A stretch of 60,088 nt of DNA from an uncultured Candidatus Saccharibacteria bacterium (GCA_964470785.1 CAYYED010000045.1:1-60088), one strand, 5' to 3'; shown: positions 37,448-46,248, counted from the first letter of the stretch. The notes: a model not told the origin generated them from the letters alone. Translations and numbers: made by a program.

Positions 37448-37620
37448 AACTCAACCCCTCCCCCTTTCTTTCCCCCTCCTTCCCCCTCCCTCGGAGAAGG
37501 GAGAGGATTAAGGCGGGGGAAGGAGGTAAAACATAAAAAATATTCAAAATCGTGCCAAATCAAAAAAACGGGCTGAAAACCCTCACCAGTACTGGCTTCG
37601 GAACTTCGGAAGTTCCGAAA
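37448..37620 (+). repeat. Mosaic repeat 'C', copy 1
   Basis: About 175 bp that aligns by eye to 44493-44674 with few mismatches. It carries a G/C-tract hairpin, then AAAACATAAAAAATATTCAAAATCGTGCCAAATCAAAAAAACGGGCTGAAAACCC, then the 17-mer palindrome. Confidence 0.9.
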
Positions 37621-37624
37621 ATAA

Positions 37625-37676
37625 AGTAAAAAGCGGTCGAGAGTCGCCCCCGACCGCTTTTCTTCGACCGCTTTTT
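37625..37676 (-). terminator. Rho-independent terminator of the ABC-efflux operon
   Basis: On the minus strand: AAAGCGGTCG-GGGGCGACTCT-CGACCGCTTT followed by a T-rich run. Confidence 0.7.
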
Positions 37677-37685
37677 TAAACTTTT

Positions 37686-38120
37686 TTATCTATTCTCTCG
37701 CGGAATAAAAACACGGGAAGAAAGCTGAATTATATCAGCCGTATAACTGCCGTCAGAGTTTTGTTCACCGCTAACCATTACTTGTTCACCGATTTTAAGG
37801 TCATCTGCCGAACCCTCGGCTGTTTTTGATACTTGAGTAATGTCAGAAAAGAAAATAATCCTTGAGCTGTTGTCAGAAAGCTGAATAATAATGCTTTCTT
37901 CATCTCTGCCAATAATTTCTCCGTTTATCACGCCTGCTCTGCCGCCAAATTGCTGAAATGCCTCCGACCGCTCGCCGGACAGCGCCTTAAAATTTTCAAG
38001 ATTTCTTTCCATGCTTCTTTCCGTAGAACGAGCACTTGTCCCGTATTTTATCCCTCCATAAAATGACCCCGCTCCAATTACTAACAATATAACAATAAAA
38101 ATTGGCAATAATTTTTTCAT
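37686..38120 (-). CDS. Small membrane-anchored or secreted protein with a beta-rich domain (DUF5666-like pattern)
   Basis: N-terminal TM segment, then GEIIGRDEESIIIQLSDNSSRIIFFSD...LKIGEQVMVSGEQNSDGSYTADIIQL. Confidence 0.6.
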   Translation of the reverse strand: MKKLLPIFIVILLVIGAGSFYGGIKYGTSARSTERSMERNLENFKALSGERSEAFQQFGGRAGVINGEIIGRDEESIIIQLSDNSSRIIFFSDITQVSKTAEGSADDLKIGEQVMVSGEQNSDGSYTADIIQLSSRVFIPRENR

Positions 38121-38174
38121 ATTATTTTTTAAGGAGCTTAACTCCTTTTTTAATTATTTTTTATCTTTTATTTT

Positions 38175-39398
38175 TTATTCATAGCGCAGTGCCTCAATCG
38201 GGCTCAGGTTAGACGCTTTCCGCGCTGGCCAGTAGCCAAAAATAATTCCGATAGCAGTACAAACGGCAAAAGACAAAAGAATGGCAGATAAAGAAATCTT
38301 GGTAGCCGTACCTGTAAAAAACGTTATTCCATAAGCTATTCCCACTCCTAAAATTATTCCAATAATTCCTCCCAAGAAAGTGAGTATTACTGCTTCAGAT
38401 AAAAATTGTAAATTAATATCTAATCTTTTCGCTCCAACGGCTTTGCGAAGACCGATTTCCCGGGTTCTTTCAGTAACTGTGGTCATCATCATATTCATAA
38501 TTCCAATGCCTCCAACGATCAAGGAAATCCCGGCGATGGCTGCCAACAGCACGGTCATTGTATCGGTCATAGCAGTAGCGGCCCCGAGTATGTCCTGCTG
38601 GTTAGTAACGCTAAAATTAGCCATTGAAGGGTCGGCAATATTATGCCGCGACAAAAGTAAATTAGTAATTCCAGCTTGAATTGAAGCCATTGCCTGCTGG
38701 CTTTCCGCCTGAACGCTAATTGAGGAAATATAATTAGTTCCGGCCAAGAACCGCTGCGCAGTTGTAACGGGAATAAAAATCATCTCGTCTTGGCTTCCAA
38801 AGGCCGTGCCTCCTTTATAGTTAGCTACTCCAATAACTCTGAAATTAATATTATTAATCCTTATGGTTTCGCCTATCGGTTTTGCTCCCTCGCCAAATAA
38901 ATCATCGCGGACTACGGGCCCCAAAACCGCTGACTTGGAAAGAGATTGAATATCGCGTTCAGAAATAAAAGTTCCCAAAGCCATTTCAATGTTTCTGACT
39001 TCGGGATAAAAAGCATTTGTTCCCACAACTTGAGTGTTTGCGTTCGCTCCTTTAGCAACAATTTGATAGCGTCCGGAAATCTCCGGAGCCACGGCTTGAA
39101 CATAAAAAATTTCTTGAGCAATGGCTTGGGCATCCTCAAGAGTAAGAACCTGTGCCGTGCCTCTTCCGGCCATTACTAATTGCCCTACCCCTCTTTGAAC
39201 CCCCGGCGCTACGGTAATCAAATTTGACCCCATTGCCTGAATGTTGGCTTCAATTGAGCCGGCTGCGCCTTGTCCGACAGAAACCAAAGCAATCACGGAA
39301 CCAATGCCAATAACAATGCCTAAAACAGTCAGGCCTGACCTGAATTTATTGGCAAAAGTTGCAGAAAATGTCTCTTGAAATAAATCAGCAATTAGCAT
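38175..39398 (-). CDS. ABC transporter permease, MacB/FtsX family
   Basis: 407 aa. N-terminal TM segment, a large extracytoplasmic domain and a C-terminal FtsX-type 3-TM bundle (REIGLRKAVGAKR). Confidence 0.88.
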   Translation of the reverse strand: MLIADLFQETFSATFANKFRSGLTVLGIVIGIGSVIALVSVGQGAAGSIEANIQAMGSNLITVAPGVQRGVGQLVMAGRGTAQVLTLEDAQAIAQEIFYVQAVAPEISGRYQIVAKGANANTQVVGTNAFYPEVRNIEMALGTFISERDIQSLSKSAVLGPVVRDDLFGEGAKPIGETIRINNINFRVIGVANYKGGTAFGSQDEMIFIPVTTAQRFLAGTNYISSISVQAESQQAMASIQAGITNLLLSRHNIADPSMANFSVTNQQDILGAATAMTDTMTVLLAAIAGISLIVGGIGIMNMMMTTVTERTREIGLRKAVGAKRLDINLQFLSEAVILTFLGGIIGIILGVGIAYGITFFTGTATKISLSAILLSFAVCTAIGIIFGYWPARKASNLSPIEALRYE

Positions 39399-39425
39399 AA
39401 TTTAAATTTACAAATTTTCAATTTT

Positions 39426-39460
39426 CCCTAGGCCGACCGCTGGAGCGATCAGCGGACTAG
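39426..39460 (-). repeat. 35-bp hairpin element 'R' (inverted copy of 4461-4495)
   Basis: CCCTAGGCCGACCGCTGGAGCGATCAGCGGACTAG. Its reverse complement matches 4461-4495 at 34 of 35 positions. Confidence 0.85.
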
Positions 39461-39490
39461 ACAATTTTCAATCAATTTTTTAATTTTTAA

Positions 39491-39629
39491 ATTTTCAATT
39501 AAATTTGTAAATTAATTCGTAAACCCCGTTAGAAACCCCGGAATTAAAAAGTAAAAACTTTGCACATAGAAATTTCCTTAAATTTTGGAATTTCTAACGG
39601 GGTAAATTGTAAATTAGTAAATTGAAAAT
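39491..39629. mobile_element. MITE-like element with ~40-bp imperfect terminal inverted repeats, inserted between the ABC ATPase and permease genes
   Basis: Left arm: ATTTTCAATTAAATTTGTAAATTAATTCGTAAACCCCGTTAGAAA. Right arm: TTTCTAACGGGGTAAATTGTAAATTAGTAAATTGAAAAT. No coding capacity. Confidence 0.5.
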
Positions 39630-39650
39630 TATATTTTACTCTTTTATCTC

Positions 39651-40349
39651 CTAAACCATTTTTGAACGACGATTAACCGTATCTTCAATAATTTGTCCAT
39701 CTTTTAATGAAATTATTCTCTTTGCCCTTTCGGCAATATATTTCTCGTGAGTAACCAAAATAATTGTTCTGCCTTCTCTGTTTAATTTTTCAAAGGTTTC
39801 TAAAACTATCTCGCCGGTTTTGCTGTCAAGATTGCCTGTCGGCTCGTCGGCCAAAATTAACAAGGGATTATTAACCAAGGCCCGGGCAATTGCCACTCTC
39901 TGCATCATTCCTCCTGATAATTGGTTTGATAAGTGTTCCCAAAATTCTTCGGGAAAGGCCGATGACCTTAATACTGCCCTGGCAACATCCTCTCTTTCTT
40001 TCTCGGGAACGCCGCTATAAACCAAAGGCAGAGTAACATTTCTTAAAACGGTTGCTCTTGGCAAAAGGTTAAATGTTTGAAAAACAAAACCAATTTTTCT
40101 TTTTCTAATTTCAGCCAATTGGTCGTCAGAAAGCTCTGAAACATCTTTTTTTCCAAAAGAATAATGCCCCGAGGTCGGCGTATCCAAACACCCTAAAATA
40201 TGCATTAGAGTTGATTTTCCGGAACCGGAAGGCCCTATAATTGCCACGAATTCTCCTTTTTCAATAGAAAAAGAAACTCCCTTCAGGGCAGTGGTTTCAA
40301 TATTTTCATTGGTTCTAAATATTTTTGTGATGTTTTGACATTCAATCAT
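39651..40349 (-). CDS. ABC transporter ATP-binding protein (MacB/LolD-type)
   Basis: Walker [25 protein letters not shown], Walker [13 protein letters not shown]. Confidence 0.93.
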   Translation of the reverse strand: MIECQNITKIFRTNENIETTALKGVSFSIEKGEFVAIIGPSGSGKSTLMHILGCLDTPTSGHYSFGKKDVSELSDDQLAEIRKRKIGFVFQTFNLLPRATVLRNVTLPLVYSGVPEKEREDVARAVLRSSAFPEEFWEHLSNQLSGGMMQRVAIARALVNNPLLILADEPTGNLDSKTGEIVLETFEKLNREGRTIILVTHEKYIAERAKRIISLKDGQIIEDTVNRRSKMV

Positions 40350-40438
40350 ACCGAAAGCAACGTACGAATTTACGAATCTACGCTTTCGGTTACGAATAAA
40401 GTATTCGTATATTCGTAGAGATTCGTAATTTCGTAAGG

Positions 40439-42361
40439 TTATCTAAGTCGCATTTTTTGACCGCCCATTCCCGGTACTTGAATCCCTTGGGTCTGAATGG
40501 TTCCGGTTTGGACAACTTGAGCGCCTGAACTGAGGACTGAAGAAATTACAATGTCGCCTTGCTCAAGCCCGGAAGTAATTTCAGTAAAAAGTTCGTTTGA
40601 CAGTCCGGTTTTTACTCCTTGCTTAGTTTGCCAGCCCGTTTGGATTACTGCTGAAACGCTGGCCAATAATTCCTGCCTCGTTTCCTCCGGCACTGTTACT
40701 AATTCTATATAATAAGAACCCTCCTGAAATTTCACCGCGCTATTGGGCACTAAAATAACATTTTGTTTGGACTCGGCGACAATATCCGCGGTAACGCTCA
40801 TTCCCGGCTTAATTCTTTCATCTTCGGTATCAAAAGCAATTTTTACGCCATAGCTCACTACTCCTTGGGTAACCGTGCCTACCAAATCAACATCTACGAC
40901 GCGTCCGGTGAATTTCGCCTCCGGGACGGCATCAAAAACTAAAGTTGCTTTCTGTCCAACCTTGACTTTGGCTGCATCAATCTCATTAAGAGAAAGCTCG
41001 GCTATTTTTTGTTGGGTAATAATATTGGCTAAAACAGCACCGGTTCCAATGGAATCGCCTTTTTTAATTTTGACATCAGTGACAATACCGTCAAAAGGGG
41101 CGTAAATATAGCAATCAGCCAGTTCTTGTTTCGCAACAAGCAAAGCGTCCTGCTTTTGCTGAACCGCCCTTTCTTTAATGCGGATTTCCAGTTCCGCAGG
41201 CGCGGCTTTCAGATCTGTCAAATTTTTTTCCTTTTCTTCCAAGTTTATCTCTGATGCTGTTAAATCAAGGGGATAAACTTTTTCCATTTCTATCAGCGCC
41301 TGCTCCGCGTTCGCCTTTGCCTCCTTATTGCTTGCAAGCGATCTTTGAATGGAAAGAAGGGAAGACAAGTGGCTGCTTGTTTTGGAAGTATAATTTTTCA
41401 GATCCGCTTGGTAATCGGTTATTTTTTTATAAATAGAACGATCACGGCTGGAAAGATAGTCAATAATAAAACTAACGAGATTGGCTTCGTCTTTAATTGC
41501 TTGAGCAGTCAATTTTACCGCCTCTATGGTCTCGTCAAGCAAATTTTCCAAAATCTCTTTTTCGGAGTAATAACTGGCTTTTTTATAATTCTCAAAATTC
41601 TGGTCATAACTTTCTCTGGCTGTTTTATAACTATCTTCCGCACTTCTAATAAACAAATCCACTTCTGCTCTTTGCTCTCCTAAAACAAGGTTTTTATATA
41701 CTCCTGTGTTGGACTGATAATTATTAACCGTTATTTCGCTTTGCCCTATTTCAGAGCTGTATAAAATATTCCTTATTCCGGTAATAATTGTAGGCAAGTC
41801 CCAAAAAACATTAGTAACAGTATTGAGAACGTCTTCATAAGCCCTTTCAATATCTTCTTCTGCCTTTTGAATCGTTTCCAGCGCCTTTTGATATTCTGTT
41901 TCCTGATTAAATATTAGCTTTTCCAAAGAATTTTTTGCCTGTAAAACAGTATTTTCCGCTTTTAACAGAGCGGCTTCGTCAGCGGGGCTTAACAGTTCTT
42001 TTAAATCATTTTCCGCTGTTTCCACGGCTATTTCTGCATCTGTTACCGCTCTCCTATATTCTGTGTCACTAAGTTTCACGATCAATTTACCGGCATTAAT
42101 CTCTTCTCCTTTTTCGATATAAACAGCGGCAACGTCGCCCCTTACTTTTGATTTTATTTCTACTTGGTCAGAGGCAGAAACCTGTCCGTTTCCCGAAACA
42201 GAGACAATAATAGTGCCTTTTTCCGCTATTGCCAAAACATATCGCGTTTCGCCTTCGTTTGTTCTTAAAAATCTAAAATAAACGCATCCTGATATTAAAA
42301 GAATGGCGATAATTATAATAAGCTTGCGCTTTGATATCGCGCTCAAAAATTTTTTCGACAT
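40439..42361 (-). CDS. HlyD/membrane-fusion-family periplasmic adaptor with an unusually long coiled-coil hairpin
   Basis: N-terminal TM segment, lipoyl-like halves (VRGDVAAVYIEKGEEINAGKLIV ... APFDGIVTDVKIKKGDSI), about 330 aa of coiled coil, and a beta-barrel C-terminus. ATG at 42361 preferred. Confidence 0.85.
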   Translation of the reverse strand: MSKKFLSAISKRKLIIIIAILLISGCVYFRFLRTNEGETRYVLAIAEKGTIIVSVSGNGQVSASDQVEIKSKVRGDVAAVYIEKGEEINAGKLIVKLSDTEYRRAVTDAEIAVETAENDLKELLSPADEAALLKAENTVLQAKNSLEKLIFNQETEYQKALETIQKAEEDIERAYEDVLNTVTNVFWDLPTIITGIRNILYSSEIGQSEITVNNYQSNTGVYKNLVLGEQRAEVDLFIRSAEDSYKTARESYDQNFENYKKASYYSEKEILENLLDETIEAVKLTAQAIKDEANLVSFIIDYLSSRDRSIYKKITDYQADLKNYTSKTSSHLSSLLSIQRSLASNKEAKANAEQALIEMEKVYPLDLTASEINLEEKEKNLTDLKAAPAELEIRIKERAVQQKQDALLVAKQELADCYIYAPFDGIVTDVKIKKGDSIGTGAVLANIITQQKIAELSLNEIDAAKVKVGQKATLVFDAVPEAKFTGRVVDVDLVGTVTQGVVSYGVKIAFDTEDERIKPGMSVTADIVAESKQNVILVPNSAVKFQEGSYYIELVTVPEETRQELLASVSAVIQTGWQTKQGVKTGLSNELFTEITSGLEQGDIVISSVLSSGAQVVQTGTIQTQGIQVPGMGGQKMRLR

Positions 42362-42502
42362 AAACAATCTATTACTAATCTCTATTTACTACAAATTACT
42401 TTGAAATTTATTTCATCTTGAAACAAATATACGGTTGCGGTGTAGTAATAAGTATAATAAGATAAATAATCTTGGTTATTTTGTGCTGTCTAAAGGTTTT
42501 TT

Positions 42503-43063
42503 ATGCCTAAATCAGATGACGAAGAAATTGTCTCACAAGTACAAAACGGCGATACCGAAGCGTTCGGTATTTTGGTTGAACGATATGAGGCAAAAATTAT
42601 GCGCTATGGCAAAAAGTTTTTACTTCAGAGAGAAGACATAAAAGATTTGACCCAGGAGGTCTTTTTAAGGGCTTTTGAAAACATTCATGGCTTTGATGCT
42701 AAAAAAAGATTTTCTCCTTGGCTTTACCGTATTGCCCATAACCACTTTATCAATACGCTTAAAAAGAAAACTCGCCGGCCAATTAATTTATTTGACTTTG
42801 ATACCGTGCTTCCCTATTTGCGCAGTAATGAAAATTTAGAACATGAAATAAACAGGCAAGAGCTGAAAAAAATGCTTAATAAATGTCTGGGAGAAATCGG
42901 CCTAAAATACCGCGAAGCGCTTATTTTGTTTTATTTTGAACAAATGAGTTATCAAGAAATCGCGGAAATTTTGCACATCCCTGTTTCTACAGTAGGCATA
43001 CGGCTAAAAAGAGGCCGGGCCTTGTTATATAAAATCTACAACCATTTTAATAATTTATTATGA
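42503..43063 (+). CDS. ECF-type sigma-70 family factor
   Basis: Region 2 (DLTQEVFLRAFENIHGF...WLYRIAHN) and region 4 (MSYQEIAEILHIPVSTVGIRLKRGR). Confidence 0.88.
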   Translation: MPKSDDEEIVSQVQNGDTEAFGILVERYEAKIMRYGKKFLLQREDIKDLTQEVFLRAFENIHGFDAKKRFSPWLYRIAHNHFINTLKKKTRRPINLFDFDTVLPYLRSNENLEHEINRQELKKMLNKCLGEIGLKYREALILFYFEQMSYQEIAEILHIPVSTVGIRLKRGRALLYKIYNHFNNLL

Positions 43064-43839
43064 GCAACAACAAACAAAACACGGATATAAAGAAAAAAAT
43101 ACTGGAAAAGATACAAAGCGGGCAAGTAAAAATGCGGCCTAAATGGCAGTTTGTGTTAAAGGCCGCTTTGTTAATAATAGGAATAATTTTTATTGTTCTG
43201 GTTTTATTATATTTAACAAGCTTTACTTTTTTCATCCTTCGGCAAACGGGCATCTGGTTTTTGCCGGCATTTGGATTAAAGGGATTAGGTTCTTTGTTTG
43301 TATCCCTTCCATGGTTCCTTGTTTTATCCGGCTTAATGTTTATCCTTCTCCTTGAGGCCGCTGCCAGACGCTACGCTTTTGCTTACCGCCGGCCGCTGCT
43401 TTTTTCTGTAATCGTCCTTATTCTTCTAGTATTGATTACTAGTTTTGCCATTTCAAAAATCGGTTTCCACCAAAAACTTTTTATGCAAGCCCGGGAAAAC
43501 CATCTGCCTATTGCCGGCCGCTTGTATCGAGGATTTGGTATGGAAAAATTTCAAGACATCCATTCCGGAACTATTATTGAATTACATAAAAATGGATTTA
43601 TTATGGAAGACCGCAACAAAGAAATGCTTGTTATAAACATCACCTCAGAAACCCGCTTTCCTTTGGGAATACAGCTTGAGCCCGAGGACAGCGTGCTGGT
43701 TTTGGGCAAACGCAATAATGGAGAAATCACTGCCGAAGGTATACGGCCCATTCGCAGAGAACTGCCCCTTTCTCCCCGCAAAAACCACAAAAACGGCCCG
43801 CGTCCTATTCTTTTTGAACCTAATTTTATAGAAGAATAA
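43060..43839 (+). CDS. Polytopic membrane protein coupled to the sigma gene (candidate anti-sigma factor) with a C-terminal beta domain
   Basis: The start overlaps the sigma stop (ATGA). About 4 TM segments. The C-terminus GTIIELHKNGFIMEDRNKEMLVINITSETRF...VLVLGKRNNGEITAEGIRPI resembles the domain of 37686-38120. Confidence 0.6.
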   Translation: MSNNKQNTDIKKKILEKIQSGQVKMRPKWQFVLKAALLIIGIIFIVLVLLYLTSFTFFILRQTGIWFLPAFGLKGLGSLFVSLPWFLVLSGLMFILLLEAAARRYAFAYRRPLLFSVIVLILLVLITSFAISKIGFHQKLFMQARENHLPIAGRLYRGFGMEKFQDIHSGTIIELHKNGFIMEDRNKEMLVINITSETRFPLGIQLEPEDSVLVLGKRNNGEITAEGIRPIRRELPLSPRKNHKNGPRPILFEPNFIEE

Positions 43840-43954
43840 TCTTGCCTATCCTTAATGAAACAAAGTTTATTATTAGATGTAGTAATAAATGAAGGCAAAG
43901 GTCGGCAAGGATTAAAATTTTAATCATCAATAATTATTAATTGAATTGGTATTT

Positions 43955-44407
43955 ATGAATAAATTATTCGGTTATCTTGTTTTGTCGGTTGTAGCGATAA
44001 TGCTTATTACTACCGGCACGGCTTATGCTCGCGGCTGGTTCTGGACCAATGAATCTCCTGAAGATATTACCGCCCGGCACCAAGCAATGTTTAAACATAA
44101 AGCAGAATTGTTCGGCATTAGTGCGGAAGAAATGAAAGATGCTTGGTCAGAGGGAAAAAGAATGTTTCAAATCGCCGAAGAATACGGCTTGAATAAAGAA
44201 GAAATTATGGAAAAAATGGCAGAGGATAGAAGAGTCAATTTGCAAGAGCGGCTAAGGGTTTTGGTGGAAAATGACATTATTAGCCAAGAACAGGCAAACC
44301 AGAGAATGGAAGTAATGCAGAACAAGAGCTTTGGTGGCATAAAAACGCACAGGGGATTTAATAAGCCGTTTAGAGGAGATTGCCCGCATCCATCAGGATC
44401 CCTTTAA
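43955..44407 (+). CDS. Secreted helical hypothetical protein
   Basis: Signal/TM segment (MNKLFGYLVLSVVAIMLITTGTAYA) followed by a K/E-rich helical region. Third gene of the sigma unit. Confidence 0.6.
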   Translation: MNKLFGYLVLSVVAIMLITTGTAYARGWFWTNESPEDITARHQAMFKHKAELFGISAEEMKDAWSEGKRMFQIAEEYGLNKEEIMEKMAEDRRVNLQERLRVLVENDIISQEQANQRMEVMQNKSFGGIKTHRGFNKPFRGDCPHPSGSL

Positions 44408-44446
44408 TTCCCTGATCTCTTTAATTGTTAATTCCATATAATTGAA

Positions 44447-44486
44447 ACAACAAAACCCCTTCACCGGGGTTTTGTTGTTTTTGTTT
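44447..44486 (+). terminator. Rho-independent terminator
   Basis: AACAACAAAACCCC-TTCACC-GGGGTTTTGTTGTT followed by TTTGTTTT. Confidence 0.75.
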
Positions 44487-44492
44487 TGGTAA

Positions 44493-44674
44493 CAGTTATC
44501 TCAACTCAACCCGTCCCCCTCCTTTCCCCCTCCTTCCTCTTCCCTCAGAGAAGGGAGAGGATTAAGGCGGGGAAAGGATGTAAAACATAAAAAATATTCA
44601 AAATCGTGCCAAATCAAAAAAACGGGCTGAAAACCCGCACCAGTACTGGCTTCGGAACTTCGGAAGTTCCGAAA
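44493..44674 (+). repeat. Mosaic repeat 'C', copy 2 (continues into the shared tail to about 44690)
   Basis: Aligns to 37448-37620. See copy 1. Confidence 0.9.
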
Positions 44675-44924
44675 CAAAAGGCCCGGCCCCTTCGGCCCAT
44701 CCCCCTCCTTCCTCCCCTCCTTTTCGCGCTTGCGCAAAAGGAGGGGGGAGATTTTAGGTGGGGAAAAGAGAGGGACTGTCCCCCTCTTAAATAATAGTAA
44801 GAATTTTTCACAATCTTTTTTGAATTGTTTTTTTGATCTTTACTAATCTTTCGGATTAGTTTATTTTATATATAGTATATAGTCGGTAGACCTACCGAAA
44901 ACCAAATCGTGAAGGAGGTGTAAA

Positions 44925-45683
44925 ATGAAAGGATATATTAAGGCATTGCGCTTGCCGATTGTGGTTATGGCTGGTTTATTGGTTATAACCGCATTCCGCG
45001 TAAGCGCGTGGAGTACGAACGCATATCTCATAGCTCTTTTTATTGTTATCGTTTCTTCGGCGATAATGGCTCACAACGACTGGAGAGACAAGGAACATGA
45101 TGCAAAAAAAGGCAAAACCTTCGCCCTAAATAACAGCAAGCCATTTAAAGCAATGGTTATGCTTCTCTGGTTTGCGAGTCTGGTTAGTGCAATTGGCCTC
45201 TGGATTCTTAATCCATGGTACGGAATATTGTCGGGACTGGTTATTGTATCGGGGTTGATTTACTCGGAAACAAGACGAATTCCACTCTTGCCAGTATTGC
45301 TTGTTGCCCTGACTTCTGCCAGCCCAGCCCTCTATGCGAATCCAAAAAATGATAAGGTGCTGGCAATATTCCTTGTCTCGGCCCTGTTGGTTTTCGGGCG
45401 AGAGATTCTCAAGGATTTGGATGACTGTTCGCATGATATTGGCTACAAGTGGACGCTACCGATCGCTCTCGGAAAACGCGTTGCCAAGTTTTTGGCTGGT
45501 TTAATCGTGCTGGTTTTGCCTCTTGTGGCGACTTGGGTTTCAATAAAAACATTAGCGGGAACACCATTTCTCCTAATATCGGCGTTGTGTTTAATTCTCA
45601 ACAAGAACCATCACTCGGCCAAGACCTTGCTTGATATCGGCATGGCCACAATCATTGTGGTGCTACTCGTCAGCGGACCGTAG
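44925..45683 (+). CDS. UbiA-family prenyltransferase (short, 252 aa)
   Basis: NDWRDKEHD (NDxxDxxxD) and DLDDCSHD (DxxDxxxD) motifs, with about 8 TM segments. Strong SD GAAGGAGGTG 5 nt upstream. Confidence 0.8.
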   Translation: MKGYIKALRLPIVVMAGLLVITAFRVSAWSTNAYLIALFIVIVSSAIMAHNDWRDKEHDAKKGKTFALNNSKPFKAMVMLLWFASLVSAIGLWILNPWYGILSGLVIVSGLIYSETRRIPLLPVLLVALTSASPALYANPKNDKVLAIFLVSALLVFGREILKDLDDCSHDIGYKWTLPIALGKRVAKFLAGLIVLVLPLVATWVSIKTLAGTPFLLISALCLILNKNHHSAKTLLDIGMATIIVVLLVSGP

Positions 45684-45744
45684 GGGACAATTGTTTATTT
45701 CAAATAATCATCCCCTTCTTTTTTTAAATTTCAAAAGAATTTTC

Positions 45745-45906
45745 CTGCGGAGGTCGGGCCTCCGCACTCTCTCTTTCTCTACGCTCTTACGGGAATCTGC
45801 GGGAGTTCTGCGGGAGTTAGACTCTCGTCTTCGGGAGTTAGACTCCCGCAAAGCCACGCCAGTACTGGCTTCGGAACTTCGGAAGTTCCGAAACAAAAGG
45901 CCCGGG
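45745..45906 (+). repeat. Mosaic repeat 'D', copy 2
   Basis: Aligns to 37254-37446 with one fewer GGGAGTTCTGC unit and one fewer GGGAGTTAGACTCCCGTCTTC unit. Confidence 0.9.
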
Positions 45907-46020
45907 CCCCCACCCGCGGCACAACATCCCTGTGAGTTTTAGAGGTTCACGGTATTTTTTAAATATATCGTTGACAACAGATAAATTCTTGTTAAGACAA
46001 AAGCATTAATACATAAAAAT

Positions 46021-46248
46021 ATGAAACGCATTATTCAGTTTAAAATTTATAAAGGAGAAAAATACTTTGTTGATGAAAGCAGTGATCTTCCTATTGTTAA
46101 TCAGGAAAAAACCATTGATGAAACCGTGCAAAATATAAGGGAGGCATTGGCTTTGTGTTTAGAGGGCGAGGATTTGTCAAAACTGGACATAGAAAGCAAT
46201 TCTCTTGTCTTAGTAAATTTTGAATTAGAACCGCTTCTTTGTGCCTAA
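46021..46248 (+). CDS. hicB: HicB-like antitoxin (UPF0150 fold)
   Basis: 75 aa. FKIYKGEKYFVDESSDLPIVNQEKTIDETVQNIREALALCLEGE is typical of the HicB N-terminal domain. Followed by a hicA-like frame. Confidence 0.65.
   Translation: MKRIIQFKIYKGEKYFVDESSDLPIVNQEKTIDETVQNIREALALCLEGEDLSKLDIESNSLVLVNFELEPLLCA

Noticed and set aside
37586-37620. Hammerhead-ribozyme-like CGAAAC after the 17-mer palindrome, with a nearby GGGCTGAAAACCC
   Set aside because: The required CUGANGA box is absent (the sequence reads CUGAAAA), and no three-stem junction can be drawn.
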